This document shows, one piece after another, positions 19,684 to 29,505 of a stretch of 64,000 nt of DNA. Numbering within the stretch: the first letter of the stretch is position 1; the number at the start of each line of letters is the position of its first letter. A program made the translations under genes and the position numbers. The DNA is taken from contig CAVUKB010000007.1 in the NCBI GenBank assembly GCA_963741955.1, positions 64,001-128,000 on the forward strand. Direction: 5' to 3'. The notes under the pieces were generated by a model that ran no database searches, was not told the origin of the DNA, and worked only from the letters and a program-made list of their open reading frames with translations. Origin of the DNA: an uncultured Acidobacteriota bacterium. GTDB taxonomy: Bacteria; Acidobacteriota; Thermoanaerobaculia; Gp7-AA8.

Positions 19684-20310
19684 TCAGCTGTTCTGATCTT
19701 TCGCTTTATCGGCCTGCTTCTGCACCGGAGCGGGAGTGGCAGCCGGGGCGGTGGTGTTCGCCTTCGCAGCCGCGGGTGCACTCTCCTTCACCTCGAACGA
19801 CCCGAACGAGTTCGTGATCTCGGGCGCCTGCCGCGTCGACTGATCGAATCCGAGATAGATCAGCTGAAACATCGAATCGTTGGAAATGACCAGATCGGTC
19901 CGGGCGAAGATCGGACGTGGCGAGCTCGCGGAATAGAGAATGCTCCGTCCCGGATGACCCTCGAATTCCTTCTTGCTCTCGTTTTCGAGAGTGGCGTTGA
20001 GGCTCTTGAGAAGAGAATCACGGCCGCTGTCCATCATCGCTTTCGGATCGAGAATTTTTCCGGGCATCTTACTGAGCGAGACGATGAACGCCGAACCGTC
20101 CTTCGCTTTCGAGACCCAGGTGGTCTGTTTGATCGGGCCGTTCGGCGAAGCGACGGTCTGCTCCTGCTTCGCGAACTGGCCGAATCCGGCCGGCAGGGTC
20201 AGCGTGAACTGCGAGTTGTCGACGTGCGGTCCGGTCTCTGCGATCGCCGCGGGAACGACGAGTGCTCCGGTCAGGAGCAACGCCGGAAGGGTTCTGCGAA
20301 ACGGAATCAT
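19684..20310 (-). CDS. Secreted hypothetical protein (PsbP/DcrB-like)
   Basis: GAGGAG SD, signal peptide, FTLTLP...FEGHPGR...FGSFEV pattern, Ala/Pro-rich tail. Confidence 0.65.
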   Translation of the reverse strand: MIPFRRTLPALLLTGALVVPAAIAETGPHVDNSQFTLTLPAGFGQFAKQEQTVASPNGPIKQTTWVSKAKDGSAFIVSLSKMPGKILDPKAMMDSGRDSLLKSLNATLENESKKEFEGHPGRSILYSASSPRPIFARTDLVISNDSMFQLIYLGFDQSTRQAPEITNSFGSFEVKESAPAAAKANTTAPAATPAPVQKQADKAKDQNS

Positions 20311-20732
20311 GATGGGCTCCTCTCCCTCTGTTGATCGAACTTGATTGATTCGAATCGGTGACAACAACCACCGAGACCGGACTTAATCCTCGGGGACGCA
20401 GTTCGCTATTCCCGGCATTTTTCCCGTGTTGCTCCGAAGGCTGCAAAAGCTGTCGCGGAAGGGGTTAGGTCGCACGGGCGCACTTCTCCGGCCGCTTTCC
20501 ATCCGTGACGGGTCACAATCTTCGGTGACTTTGGTCCTCCCTGGCGGGGTCCGGAGAGTTTACCGTATCTTCAGAGCCTGCGGGGCAGAAAACGTCCTGC
20601 TGAGACAGCGGATCAGCGGTCCGGATCGCTCCGGAACTCCGGCGCGCACCCGGCCGCGCTGCTCCTCTTTCTCGCAACGGGATTTCTGGCGTGCAGGATC
20701 CTGCACCGCTGGTCGCAGAAGAGGGATTCAGC

Positions 20733-22136
20733 ATGATGAAAAAAGTTCCGGACACCATCGATCAGACGGTTTCTCCCGATGCGGAGCTCCTCGCCGCCGA
20801 CAGAGACGCCGTGTCGCTTCGTGACTCGGAATTCAGTCGTCTGGTCCGATCCGGCGAGACTTACGTCGACTACACCGGCGCAGCTCTCTACCCGGAGTCG
20901 CTCGTCCGCGATCACCACGCGCTGCTGCTGGAGGAGGTCTCGGGAAATCCGCACTCGACGAGCCCGGCCGCCGCCCGTTCGACCCAGCGGCTCACCGGGA
21001 CGCGCGATCGCATTCTCGCGTTCTTCAACGCACCGACCGACGAGTACGAGGTGATCTTCACTCCGAACGCGTCGGGCGCTCTTCGCATCGTCGGCGAAGC
21101 GTACCCGTTCGGATGCAACGGGCGGTACCTGCTGACCTCGGACAACCACAACTCCGTCAACGGCATTCGTGAATATGCCCGCGCGCGCGGTTCCGACGTC
21201 CGCTACATCCCGATCACCCTCTCGGATCTGCGCCTCGACGCGGCCGTCCTCGCCGCGGAGCTCGAGGGAGGGTGCCGTGTTTCGCCACGTCTGTTCGCGT
21301 ATCCGGCTCAGTCCAACTTCTCCGGCGTGCAGCATTCCCTCCAATGGATCGAGAAGGCGCACCAATGCGGGTGGGACGTGCTGCTCGACGCCGCAGCCTT
21401 CGTTCCGACCAACCGGCTCGATCTGTCGCTCCACAAGCCGGAATTCGCGGTGGTCTCCTTCTACAAAATGTTCGGCTATCCGACCGGGATCGGTGCGCTC
21501 ATCGCCAAGCGATCCGCGCTCGCGCGGCTGCACCGTCCATGGTTCGCCGGAGGGACCATCACCGTGGCGTCCGTGAAGGCAGAGCGCTACGCGCCGGCGC
21601 GCGACGAGGCCGCGTTCGAAGACGGTACCCAGGATTTCCTTTCCATCCCCGCGATCGCTCTCGGCCTCGATTACCTCGAACGCCTCGGAATCGATCGAAT
21701 CCATCGGCGGGTGGAGCTTCTCACCGGCTGGACCCTTCGGGAGCTCGAATCGCTCCACCATGCGAACGGCAGTCCGCTGGTGCACATCTACGGTCCGCTC
21801 GGCTCGGAAGAGCGCGGAGGAACCATCGCGCTGAATGTATTCGACGCGTCGGGCGAAATGGTGGATCACCGGGTGGTCGAAGCTCTCGCGTCTCGTGCCG
21901 GCATCTCACTACGGACCGGCTGCTTCTGCAATCCCGGTGCGGGAGAGACGGCGCTGGAGATACCCAAACAGCGGATCGTCACCTGCTTCGAGGAGTCCGA
22001 CGGGAGGCTCACGCTCGATGACTTCAAGGTCTGCCTGCACGGCGGCAGCGGCGCGGTCCGGATCTCGTTCGGATACGCGAGCGTCCTCGAGGACGCTCGG
22101 CGGGTCGTGGAGTTCGTCTCGCGATTCCTCGACTGA
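20733..22136 (+). CDS. PLP-dependent class-V enzyme resembling the NifS domain of Moco sulfurase
   Basis: YVDYTGA, GNPHS, PAQSNFSG, LLDAAAF, SFYKMFGYPTG, FEDGT and LRTGCFCNPG motifs. Confidence 0.85.
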   Translation: MMKKVPDTIDQTVSPDAELLAADRDAVSLRDSEFSRLVRSGETYVDYTGAALYPESLVRDHHALLLEEVSGNPHSTSPAAARSTQRLTGTRDRILAFFNAPTDEYEVIFTPNASGALRIVGEAYPFGCNGRYLLTSDNHNSVNGIREYARARGSDVRYIPITLSDLRLDAAVLAAELEGGCRVSPRLFAYPAQSNFSGVQHSLQWIEKAHQCGWDVLLDAAAFVPTNRLDLSLHKPEFAVVSFYKMFGYPTGIGALIAKRSALARLHRPWFAGGTITVASVKAERYAPARDEAAFEDGTQDFLSIPAIALGLDYLERLGIDRIHRRVELLTGWTLRELESLHHANGSPLVHIYGPLGSEERGGTIALNVFDASGEMVDHRVVEALASRAGISLRTGCFCNPGAGETALEIPKQRIVTCFEESDGRLTLDDFKVCLHGGSGAVRISFGYASVLEDARRVVEFVSRFLD

Positions 22137-22259
22137 TCCCGTGCGGACTCCGGCTGGTTTCTACCCGATAATGAAAACACATATCGACTTATGATATGTG
22201 CGAGTAAGTATACGCTCGGCTAAAGATATTCTTTATCTCTGAATGTCGTCCGGTGCCGG

Positions 22260-22297
22260 GAGTCTGCGCAGTAGGATGGTTTCTACCGCGCAGCCTT
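22260..22297. repeat. Minimal family A element (two fused TIRs)
   Basis: GAGTCTGCGCAGTAGGA-TG-GTTTCTACCGCGCAGCCTT, between convergent genes. Confidence 0.7.
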
Positions 22298-22303
22298 CAG
22301 TAG

Positions 22304-24628
22304 CTACGATTCGGTCCGGAAGTAGACCGTGTCGAACTGGCTGCACTGCTGGCAGCGTCGCGACACGATCGTGAGCGGGTGTCCGAGATAGCGGGCGGTC
22401 TGACGCATCTCGCTGCCGGGAGGAAACTCCGCGCCGCAGGGGCAGGGGCGGACCGCGAGGAGAGCCCCGACCTCCGCGCTGCCGGAGACCGGAATCGGAG
22501 AGGCCGGAGTTCGACCGTCCGGTGCGTCTTTCAGCTCGGAGAGACGAGTGGATCTCCGCGGAGTTCCCCCTCCGCGCTGCGCGAACGAAGAGGCCAGCTT
22601 CCAGCCGGCGAACAGCGCGCCGCCGAGGATCAGGAGCGATACGATTGCCACGCCCCCGGCGAGTACCGGGAAGGAGGGAGTCATCGACGCGGCGACCGGC
22701 GCCGGAACATCGTCACGAAGCTCGTAGTCGAGCACTGCTCGCGCCTTGTCCACGTGGTCGAGGAACTCCGGGATGCGCTTCCGCGGAACGGAATCGGAGA
22801 GGCTCCGGTAGCGGTAGCGCAGCCGCAACATCCTCTCGCTGACCGTAGAGTCGAACCAGAACCGGAACGCCGGGTCATCGACCTCGAGGTGCTCGGGATG
22901 AATCGAGAGCCGGCGTGGGAGCTCGACCCGGATCTCGTGCACCACGTGAGCGGGGTGGATCAGCCCGTACGGCCCGGAGCGCTGGACGGACGCGGGGCGG
23001 GAGAGCCAGTCGTCCATGGCCCACGCGAAGAGATCCCTCCGGTGATTCTTCCAGAACGACGGAATCGAGTAACGCTCGGTGACGACGATTCTGTTGGCCG
23101 ACCTGTCGTCTTTCACCACCGGGCGCTCGAGCGCGGTCACCTTCGCATCGAACTGTGCGTAATGGTTGACGTAGTTCCGGGCGAGCTCCGCGTTGGAGGT
23201 GGAGTCGAAGTAGCCGCGCATGTCATCGGCGTCTTCTCCGGTGTAAACGCTCTTCACCTCGAGCTCTGCTCCGGCTCCTCCCTCTCCCACGCGATAAATC
23301 TCTTCGATGGAGGTCGTGGGCCGCGGCATCTCCGGCGGAGGGATCGGTACCAGAGCCGTGGTCGTGCGGTCGACGAGGAGCGCGCGTCCGAAATCGGGCG
23401 GCGCCAGTGCATCGAGGGATCCCCCTTCGTCGGAACGGGTCGCATCGATCCAGTGCGAACGGCCGTCGAGCACGACGTGGACGATCACGTGATCGAACGC
23501 GAATGGTGAGGGAAGGACCTCGTCGAGCGTTTCGCGAGCGGTGGTGTTCACCAGGGCTGGCCGGGCCTGGAATCCGAGTTTCTGCAACAGGACCGTCAGG
23601 AGGAGCGCCTTGTCCTTGCAGTCACCGAAGCGCTGCCGGAGCACCTGGTCCGGCGGATGCGGCTGATGGGTGTTGGGACCGATCTCGATCCCGAGATAGC
23701 GGATCTGATCCTGCACGAAACGGACGGCGGCGAGGACTTTCCCCTCGTCCGTCGATTCGCCGGTCGCGATCGATCGCGCCAGTGCGGTCATCCGGCTGCC
23801 ACCGTTCCCGGCGTGGTCGAAGAGGTCGGAAGCCCATCGCGCAACTTCGTTCCAGTCCCGGAATTCCGAGAGCTCCACCCGGGGGAAGGGATCGAACCAG
23901 ACCGGTGTGTCGCTGTCCCACTCGATTGCGGGAACATCGTCTGCGGCCCAGGTCCAGGAGTGGAACGTCCCTTCGCGACGGACGCTTCCGGGGATCTTCG
24001 ACTGGAACTCGCGGGGAGTGATCGTACGTCCGGCCGGGATGAGAGCTCTCGCATAGAGTCGCGCGACGGGAACCTGATACCCGAGATCGAGCTCGCCGGC
24101 GAATCGTCCATGGAGGATCGGATTCGCGCCGCGAAGCGAGTACGCGTAGTCGACGATGTCTCCCGGTCGAAGGTCGCGGAGAAAGAAGAGGGCAGTGAGG
24201 GTGCCGTCGTACATCCGTTCGGATCGATCACGCTCCCGTTCGATGACCCTCACCTGCTCCGGAGAAAACGCGCGGATCCGGCGGCCGTCGCGGATGATGT
24301 CGACGAAATGGATGGTCAGGCTCTGCCAGGTCGGATCGAAGTCGAAGTGAAGCTCCGAGAAATTCCGGACGCCGCTGCTCGAGACGATCTTTCTCGCCCG
24401 GCGGACCCACCTCTCCGTCGTCCGCCCGATTCGGATCTGGTCGTCGACGAGCAGATGCCACGTGCCGTCGCTGATCTGCCCCGCCGGTTCGGCTTTCGTG
24501 GCCGGAAGATCGACGCGGGTGATCCAGTCGGGAGGTGGCGCGACGGAGAAAGGACGTCCGGCCGCGAGAGCGCCTGGTGCGGGGAGAAGAATGGCCAGAA
24601 GTGAGAGCAGAAGAGGAAGGCGTCGCAT
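22304..24628 (-). CDS. DUF3857 / transglutaminase-like protein with C-terminal TM helix and Cys cluster
   Basis: Signal peptide, LRPGDIVDYAYS, GDCKDK, FDHVI, WIDAT; TM helix then CPC...CQQC. Confidence 0.85.
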   Translation of the reverse strand: MRRLPLLLSLLAILLPAPGALAAGRPFSVAPPPDWITRVDLPATKAEPAGQISDGTWHLLVDDQIRIGRTTERWVRRARKIVSSSGVRNFSELHFDFDPTWQSLTIHFVDIIRDGRRIRAFSPEQVRVIERERDRSERMYDGTLTALFFLRDLRPGDIVDYAYSLRGANPILHGRFAGELDLGYQVPVARLYARALIPAGRTITPREFQSKIPGSVRREGTFHSWTWAADDVPAIEWDSDTPVWFDPFPRVELSEFRDWNEVARWASDLFDHAGNGGSRMTALARSIATGESTDEGKVLAAVRFVQDQIRYLGIEIGPNTHQPHPPDQVLRQRFGDCKDKALLLTVLLQKLGFQARPALVNTTARETLDEVLPSPFAFDHVIVHVVLDGRSHWIDATRSDEGGSLDALAPPDFGRALLVDRTTTALVPIPPPEMPRPTTSIEEIYRVGEGGAGAELEVKSVYTGEDADDMRGYFDSTSNAELARNYVNHYAQFDAKVTALERPVVKDDRSANRIVVTERYSIPSFWKNHRRDLFAWAMDDWLSRPASVQRSGPYGLIHPAHVVHEIRVELPRRLSIHPEHLEVDDPAFRFWFDSTVSERMLRLRYRYRSLSDSVPRKRIPEFLDHVDKARAVLDYELRDDVPAPVAASMTPSFPVLAGGVAIVSLLILGGALFAGWKLASSFAQRGGGTPRRSTRLSELKDAPDGRTPASPIPVSGSAEVGALLAVRPCPCGAEFPPGSEMRQTARYLGHPLTIVSRRCQQCSQFDTVYFRTES

Positions 24629-24707
24629 CAGCGATTCCGATCGGCAGGTCAAGATCGGGACGATTATAGATCGCCCTCGCTCCGAACCGCTCCGTCCGGG
24701 GACGGTT

Positions 24708-26747
24708 TCATCGGACGCTCATCCGGCGGGGAGCCTGGTCGAAGATCTCCACTCGGTTCTTCCCGTTCCGCTTTGCGACGTAGAGAGCTTCGTCGGCCCG
24801 CACCAGCGCCTCTTCTTCCGTGCAGAGTTGATCGGGCGAGGCGAGGCAATACAGACCGAAACTCAAGGTGACCAGCAGAGTGACCGGAGCGATCTGGTCC
24901 AGATCGACTTCCCTCGTCTCGATCTCCGCGCGCAGTTCCTCGAGGTGCCGGTAGGCGCCGTCGCGCGGAGTATCGGGAAGGACGAAGACGAACTCCTCCC
25001 CGCCGAAGCGGGCGACGATGTCCGTCGACCGGGACCGTTCCGAGAACGCCCGCGCGATCGCTCGGATCACCACGTCCCCCGCGTGGTGGCCCCAGGTGTC
25101 GTTGATCTGTTTGAAATCGTCGATATCGGCGAATGCGATGGCGAGAGGGTGGAACGAGCGGGTTGCGCGTCGAAGCTCCTCACGCAGCCTCTCCACCGCG
25201 ACCTGCCTCCGCGGGAGGCGGGTCAGCGGGTCGTGCGTTGCGAGATCGAACAGCCGCGCATTCTCGAGCATGGCCGACGCCTGTTGCGCGATCTGGTCGA
25301 GAATCTCGAGGTCGTCCCGATCGAGCGCTGCTCCACGGCCGAGCTTTCCGAGTGCGAGCACCGCCACCAGCCGGTCCTTTAGGCGGACCGGCACGACGTA
25401 TTCGGTCTCGAGAAGATCGAGCATGCCGCGCAGTTCGGCCGGCTCGTCGTCCGATTCGAAGCGCCGCATCGGAACCCTCGGCCGGAGGCTCGACCAGTTC
25501 TGCAGCTCCTCGGCCGTCAGGACGACATTGCGCGCAGTTTCGTCGCCGGTCATTCGACCCGAGATCGCCCGCACCCGGTAGTACTCTCCCCCCTGATCGG
25601 CGAGCAGCAGCGCCGCACCGCGCAACGAGAGCGACGTATGGATCCGTTCGATCAGGTGAGCGGCGGCCTCGTCGATCTCCGTGAACCCGGCCAGCTCTCC
25701 GATCAACGACGCCTCGAGGCGGCGGAGGGCGATCTTTTCGCTGAACAATGCCTGATCGATCCGGCTCTCGACTGCTCGCGAAAGAGGTTGAAAGAATGCT
25801 CCTCCGATGAAGAAGAGGAGCGCGATCCACCAGAGGGTGATGTGGATCCCGAGGACGTGAGCGGCGAACAGACCGATCAGGGCGCCGGCCAGATAGACGC
25901 TCGCGCCGAGCATCCCCATCGTCAGGACGTAGATGAGGCCTCGCCGGAGAAACGACCCGAGATCGAAAAGGTGGAAGTGAAAGATCGATACGTAGAATCC
26001 CGCCGGAACGAGCATCACTGCGAATGGCTCGATCACCCCGGCTGCGGTGTCGCGCCACGCCGGGATGAAGAGCCATGCGGTGATGTTCGCCGCCCACGGA
26101 AGGATTCCCGCGAGAACCACCAGAGCCTGAAGCCGCCCTTCCCGCGTCTCTTCCCGTCGCGCGGCCGACTGGAGGAGCCAGACGCTGATGCAGGCCCCGG
26201 CGACGTACGCCGAGAGCGACATCTCTGCGCGAACCTGGAGCGCAGAGGGAAGTGTCACTCCGAACCATGCGCTTCCCCGTGATGCAGAGAAAACGAGAAG
26301 CCAGCTCACGACGGTCAGGAGAGCCCCGGTCGCATACGTGCCGCCGACGATCCAGCGATGGCGCCGCGTGATCGGGTTCGCACGCGGAATCAGCGACGCC
26401 ATGTGGACCACGACTGCGAAGTTCATCATGTAGACGGAGGAATAGAGGAACAGCAGAAGGTCGTCCCATGCCGATGCGCCGGGGCGGATGACCGCGGCAT
26501 CGAAGAGGATGGTCAGCGAAACGGCGAAGCCGGTGAACATGAAGAGAATGACGCGAGGATCGCGGGGACGCCGTACGACGGCGGCGACGGTGAGTCCCCC
26601 GTACAGGAGGAGTGTCGCTGCGTAGATCGCCCAGGTTACGCGCACGTCTTCTGTTCCGAGCGCGTAGCTCGGAAGAACGACGAGCGCGAACGCAACGCCA
26701 TAGAACAGGAGCGTTGCGGCGACGGCACTTTTCCCGGACCGTAGCAT
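24708..26747 (-). CDS. Membrane diguanylate cyclase (multi-TM, GAF, GGEEF)
   Basis: Many TM helices, GAF-like segment, HDPLTRL, RSTD I-site, FGGEEF. Confidence 0.9.
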   Translation of the reverse strand: MLRSGKSAVAATLLFYGVAFALVVLPSYALGTEDVRVTWAIYAATLLLYGGLTVAAVVRRPRDPRVILFMFTGFAVSLTILFDAAVIRPGASAWDDLLLFLYSSVYMMNFAVVVHMASLIPRANPITRRHRWIVGGTYATGALLTVVSWLLVFSASRGSAWFGVTLPSALQVRAEMSLSAYVAGACISVWLLQSAARREETREGRLQALVVLAGILPWAANITAWLFIPAWRDTAAGVIEPFAVMLVPAGFYVSIFHFHLFDLGSFLRRGLIYVLTMGMLGASVYLAGALIGLFAAHVLGIHITLWWIALLFFIGGAFFQPLSRAVESRIDQALFSEKIALRRLEASLIGELAGFTEIDEAAAHLIERIHTSLSLRGAALLLADQGGEYYRVRAISGRMTGDETARNVVLTAEELQNWSSLRPRVPMRRFESDDEPAELRGMLDLLETEYVVPVRLKDRLVAVLALGKLGRGAALDRDDLEILDQIAQQASAMLENARLFDLATHDPLTRLPRRQVAVERLREELRRATRSFHPLAIAFADIDDFKQINDTWGHHAGDVVIRAIARAFSERSRSTDIVARFGGEEFVFVLPDTPRDGAYRHLEELRAEIETREVDLDQIAPVTLLVTLSFGLYCLASPDQLCTEEEALVRADEALYVAKRNGKNRVEIFDQAPRRMSVR

Positions 26748-26874
26748 TGACCGATATCGGGGCGGATGCTGCGAGTGTAGACCACACCGGAGTGGCGCAC
26801 AAGAAAGTCGTGATGCGCCCGGGGCGCCGAAGCTGGCTGACGATTTGCTTCGAAAGACCGATTCTGAGGGACGA

Positions 26875-28047
26875 GTGAGAAATTTCGATGTCGCGATCGT
26901 CGGCTGCGGGCCCGCGGGAAACATCGCCGCGTGGCATCTTGCTGCACGCGGAGTGGAGGTCGCCCTTCTCGAACGGGCCACCCTGCCGCGTCCGAAGACG
27001 TGCGGTGGCGGACTCTCACGCAAGACCCTCGAGGAGATTCCCTACGACATCGATCCGGTCGTGGAGTCGGAGATCGAATCCGCATTCGTGACCAGCGGAG
27101 GCTCGACGTTTCTGCAGTCGAAAGAGCGGATCGGAGTCACGGTCTGCCGCGACAGGCTCGATTCATACATGGCCCGCCAGGCCGTCGAGAAGGGGGTTAC
27201 GCTGCTCGAGTCGTGTACCCTCGAGAGTTTCAGCATCCGCCGGGATCACGTCCGGCTCGAGACCTCACGCGGGGCATTCTCCGCCGGCGTTCTGATCGGC
27301 GCGGACGGCGTCTACAGCGGAGTACGCCGTGCACTCGACACCTCATGCTCCCCTTTCTTCGCTCCCGCCATCGAGGCGCTGGTCTATGTCGAGCCGGCGC
27401 GCACCGGGCTCATTGACGGCGGCTGCATTCTCGATTTCGACGCAATCCCCCATGGTTATGGCTGGGTGTTTCCGAAGCGGGATCATTACAACGTCGGACT
27501 CTATCGCTACCGGAGAAGCCGGGGCGGTCCCGGAATGCGGGGCATGCTGCAAGCCTTCATCGAGCGCTTTCCCCAACTCCACTCCCCTCTCCGGGTCGTG
27601 ACCAGGGGATATTCGATTCCGGTGCGGCGTGCGGCGACCGTGGTCGATCCCGGAGGCGTTCTTCTTGCCGGCGATGCGGCCGGGCTCGCGGAAAACGTCT
27701 ATGGGGAAGGAATCTGTTTCGCTGTGCGAAGCGGGAGACTCGCCGCCGAAACCGTAGCCGCAACACTCGGCGGATCCGGCGATCTTTCCGAATATGCGCA
27801 CCGACTGCGGCCGCTGATGCGTGAGCTGGCGCTCTCCAGGTTCACCGCCTCGCTGGTGTATGCGGGCTCTCCGGGAATGCGACGGCGTCTCTCCCGCTCC
27901 GGACCGATCAGCCGCCGTTTCACCGGTCTTCTCACCGGAGACAACGGCTACGCCGCATGTCTGATCGGAACGGCGGCATGTCTTCCGTTCGCGCCGCTCC
28001 TTCCGCAGAACCGTGAACAGAGGTCTCCTCTCGATCTGCAGACGTGA
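26875..28047 (+). CDS. Geranylgeranyl reductase-family FAD oxidoreductase
   Basis: VGCGPAG, KTCGGG, GADG, GYGWVFPK and LAGDAAG...GEGI motifs. Confidence 0.9.
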   Translation: MRNFDVAIVGCGPAGNIAAWHLAARGVEVALLERATLPRPKTCGGGLSRKTLEEIPYDIDPVVESEIESAFVTSGGSTFLQSKERIGVTVCRDRLDSYMARQAVEKGVTLLESCTLESFSIRRDHVRLETSRGAFSAGVLIGADGVYSGVRRALDTSCSPFFAPAIEALVYVEPARTGLIDGGCILDFDAIPHGYGWVFPKRDHYNVGLYRYRRSRGGPGMRGMLQAFIERFPQLHSPLRVVTRGYSIPVRRAATVVDPGGVLLAGDAAGLAENVYGEGICFAVRSGRLAAETVAATLGGSGDLSEYAHRLRPLMRELALSRFTASLVYAGSPGMRRRLSRSGPISRRFTGLLTGDNGYAACLIGTAACLPFAPLLPQNREQRSPLDLQT

Positions 28048-28057
28048 CCCCTGGCCC

Positions 28058-28275
28058 CAATGGCCCGAACTTAAGGGGCGCTGTGGGTGTTCACAGAGCA
28101 GATGCGTGGAGTTACTGCGCATCTGCCGCAGGTGTCGTCTCGTTGTGTTCTGAAGGCGATCTGCGCGGCCACGGCGGGAGCCGTGGCGCCCCTCGGAGAG
28201 GGGATCGTTCGCTGCCCAGCGAGCTCGCGCCGACTCCCGGCTGCGACGCGGATTTTGCTTAAGTTCGGGCCATTG
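28058..28275. mobile_element. 218-bp IS4-type MITE
   Basis: Perfect 18-bp TIRs CAATGGCCCGAACTTAAG / CTTAAGTTCGGGCCATTG; 10-bp flanks CCCCTGGCCC and CTCCTGGCCC (9/10 match). Confidence 0.82.
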
Positions 28276-28282
28276 CTCCTGG

Positions 28283-28319
28283 CCCGCATTTGTCACATCG
28301 GCGCTACCGCGCAGACTCC
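28283..28319. repeat. Fused family D left end and family A right end
   Basis: CCCGCATTTGTCACATCG followed by CTACCGCGCAGACTCC. Confidence 0.65.
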
Positions 28320-28753
28320 CGGTGCGGGTCGAGCCTCTTCTTCAGGAACCATTGGCGCTTCCCGGGAGGGAAATCGTCCAGCACACCCCAGAGCTCGTAG
28401 TCGTTCCGTCGATAGAACGCCAGCGCATCGGCGTCGATCGTGTCGAGATTCACGCCGATGCATCCGTGCTCCCGCGCGTACGTCTCCGCGCGCGAGAGGA
28501 GCTCGCGACCATAACCGCGGCCGCGCAGCTCGTCGCCGACCCAGAGCTTCTCGACGTAGAGCCACTGCCACCAGATCCTCCCGAGCAGGCCGCCGAGCAC
28601 TTTCTGCTGCGCGTCACGAACGAGAAGATTCACCCGCTCCAGCCCCGGAGCGCCATGGCGCGACGCGTTGTGGCGCATCAGACCTCGGACGACTTCGTTC
28701 TGATCTTCGATCGAGGCGTCCGGCTCGATCGAAACGGTGATGTCGTGGTTCAT
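28304..28753 (-). CDS. GNAT-family N-acetyltransferase
   Basis: LWV..ELRGRGYG, ALAFYRRNDY. Confidence 0.9.
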   Translation of the reverse strand: MNHDITVSIEPDASIEDQNEVVRGLMRHNASRHGAPGLERVNLLVRDAQQKVLGGLLGRIWWQWLYVEKLWVGDELRGRGYGRELLSRAETYAREHGCIGVNLDTIDADALAFYRRNDYELWGVLDDFPPGKRQWFLKKRLDPHRESAR

Positions 28754-28806
28754 CGGCCCCTCCCGCGCTGATTATCTCAGCAGGACGAAGGCCGGAGAAC
28801 CGGATG

Positions 28807-29367
28807 TCAGCTGCTGGTCGCCGCGTTCGCGGGTCCTCCACCTTCGCCGGTCGACGTCGTATCGGTTCCTGCCGGGGCCTCTCCACTGGATGGTGTGACC
28901 GTAATGTCGATCGTCTCCCCTTCCTTTCCGATCGTTCCTCCGACCGTCGACATGACCTGGTACGTGCCGGGACGAAGGCCGTCCACCACCAGAGTCCTGA
29001 CTTCCAGCGGCTGCAACGGGGCATCGAGGGCGCGCGCCACTCCATTTCCGCTGATCGCGAAGCTGTGCAGCTCCTTGCCGCTGTTCGTCACCTGGAACGC
29101 CACGCTCCCTCCTTCGATGGTGTGGGGCATGTCCACTCCATGATCCGAGATCGTCACTTCGACGGGCGGCTTCGTCTTTCCGCTCGGCTGGGTCGGGAGG
29201 ACGTCCGTCGCAGCCGCGCTGCTGGTGGCGGCGGTATCCGTCCCGGTCGTGGTCGCCTGTTCGTTCTTGTTTGCGCACGCGCCGAGCAACGCGATCGAAG
29301 TCCCGATCACGAGCCAGCCGGCGAGCGTTGCGCCGAAGCGTGTTCTGCTGCTGTCCTGACGGAGCAT
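28807..29367 (-). CDS. Lipoprotein with cupredoxin-like domain
   Basis: GGAGG SD, lipobox LGAC, Thr-rich linker, FQVTNSGKELHSF...LRPGTY. Confidence 0.7.
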   Translation of the reverse strand: MLRQDSSRTRFGATLAGWLVIGTSIALLGACANKNEQATTTGTDTAATSSAAATDVLPTQPSGKTKPPVEVTISDHGVDMPHTIEGGSVAFQVTNSGKELHSFAISGNGVARALDAPLQPLEVRTLVVDGLRPGTYQVMSTVGGTIGKEGETIDITVTPSSGEAPAGTDTTSTGEGGGPANAATSS

Positions 29368-29505
29368 GGTTCACCTCCGGCGGTGAAGTGAGCAAGTTCC
29401 GTGCGGAGAAGCATCGAAAGCGAGCGGAAGCGCGAGAAGGACACCGTCCTCAGCGGGCGCATCCGACCTCTCTCCCCCCGCAATCAGATGCAGGGAATTC
29501 ATACG

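Noticed and set aside
26748-27023. N-terminal extension of the 771-aa GGDEF ORF
   Set aside because: It overlaps the divergent reductase gene and is low-complexity; a start at 26747 fits better.
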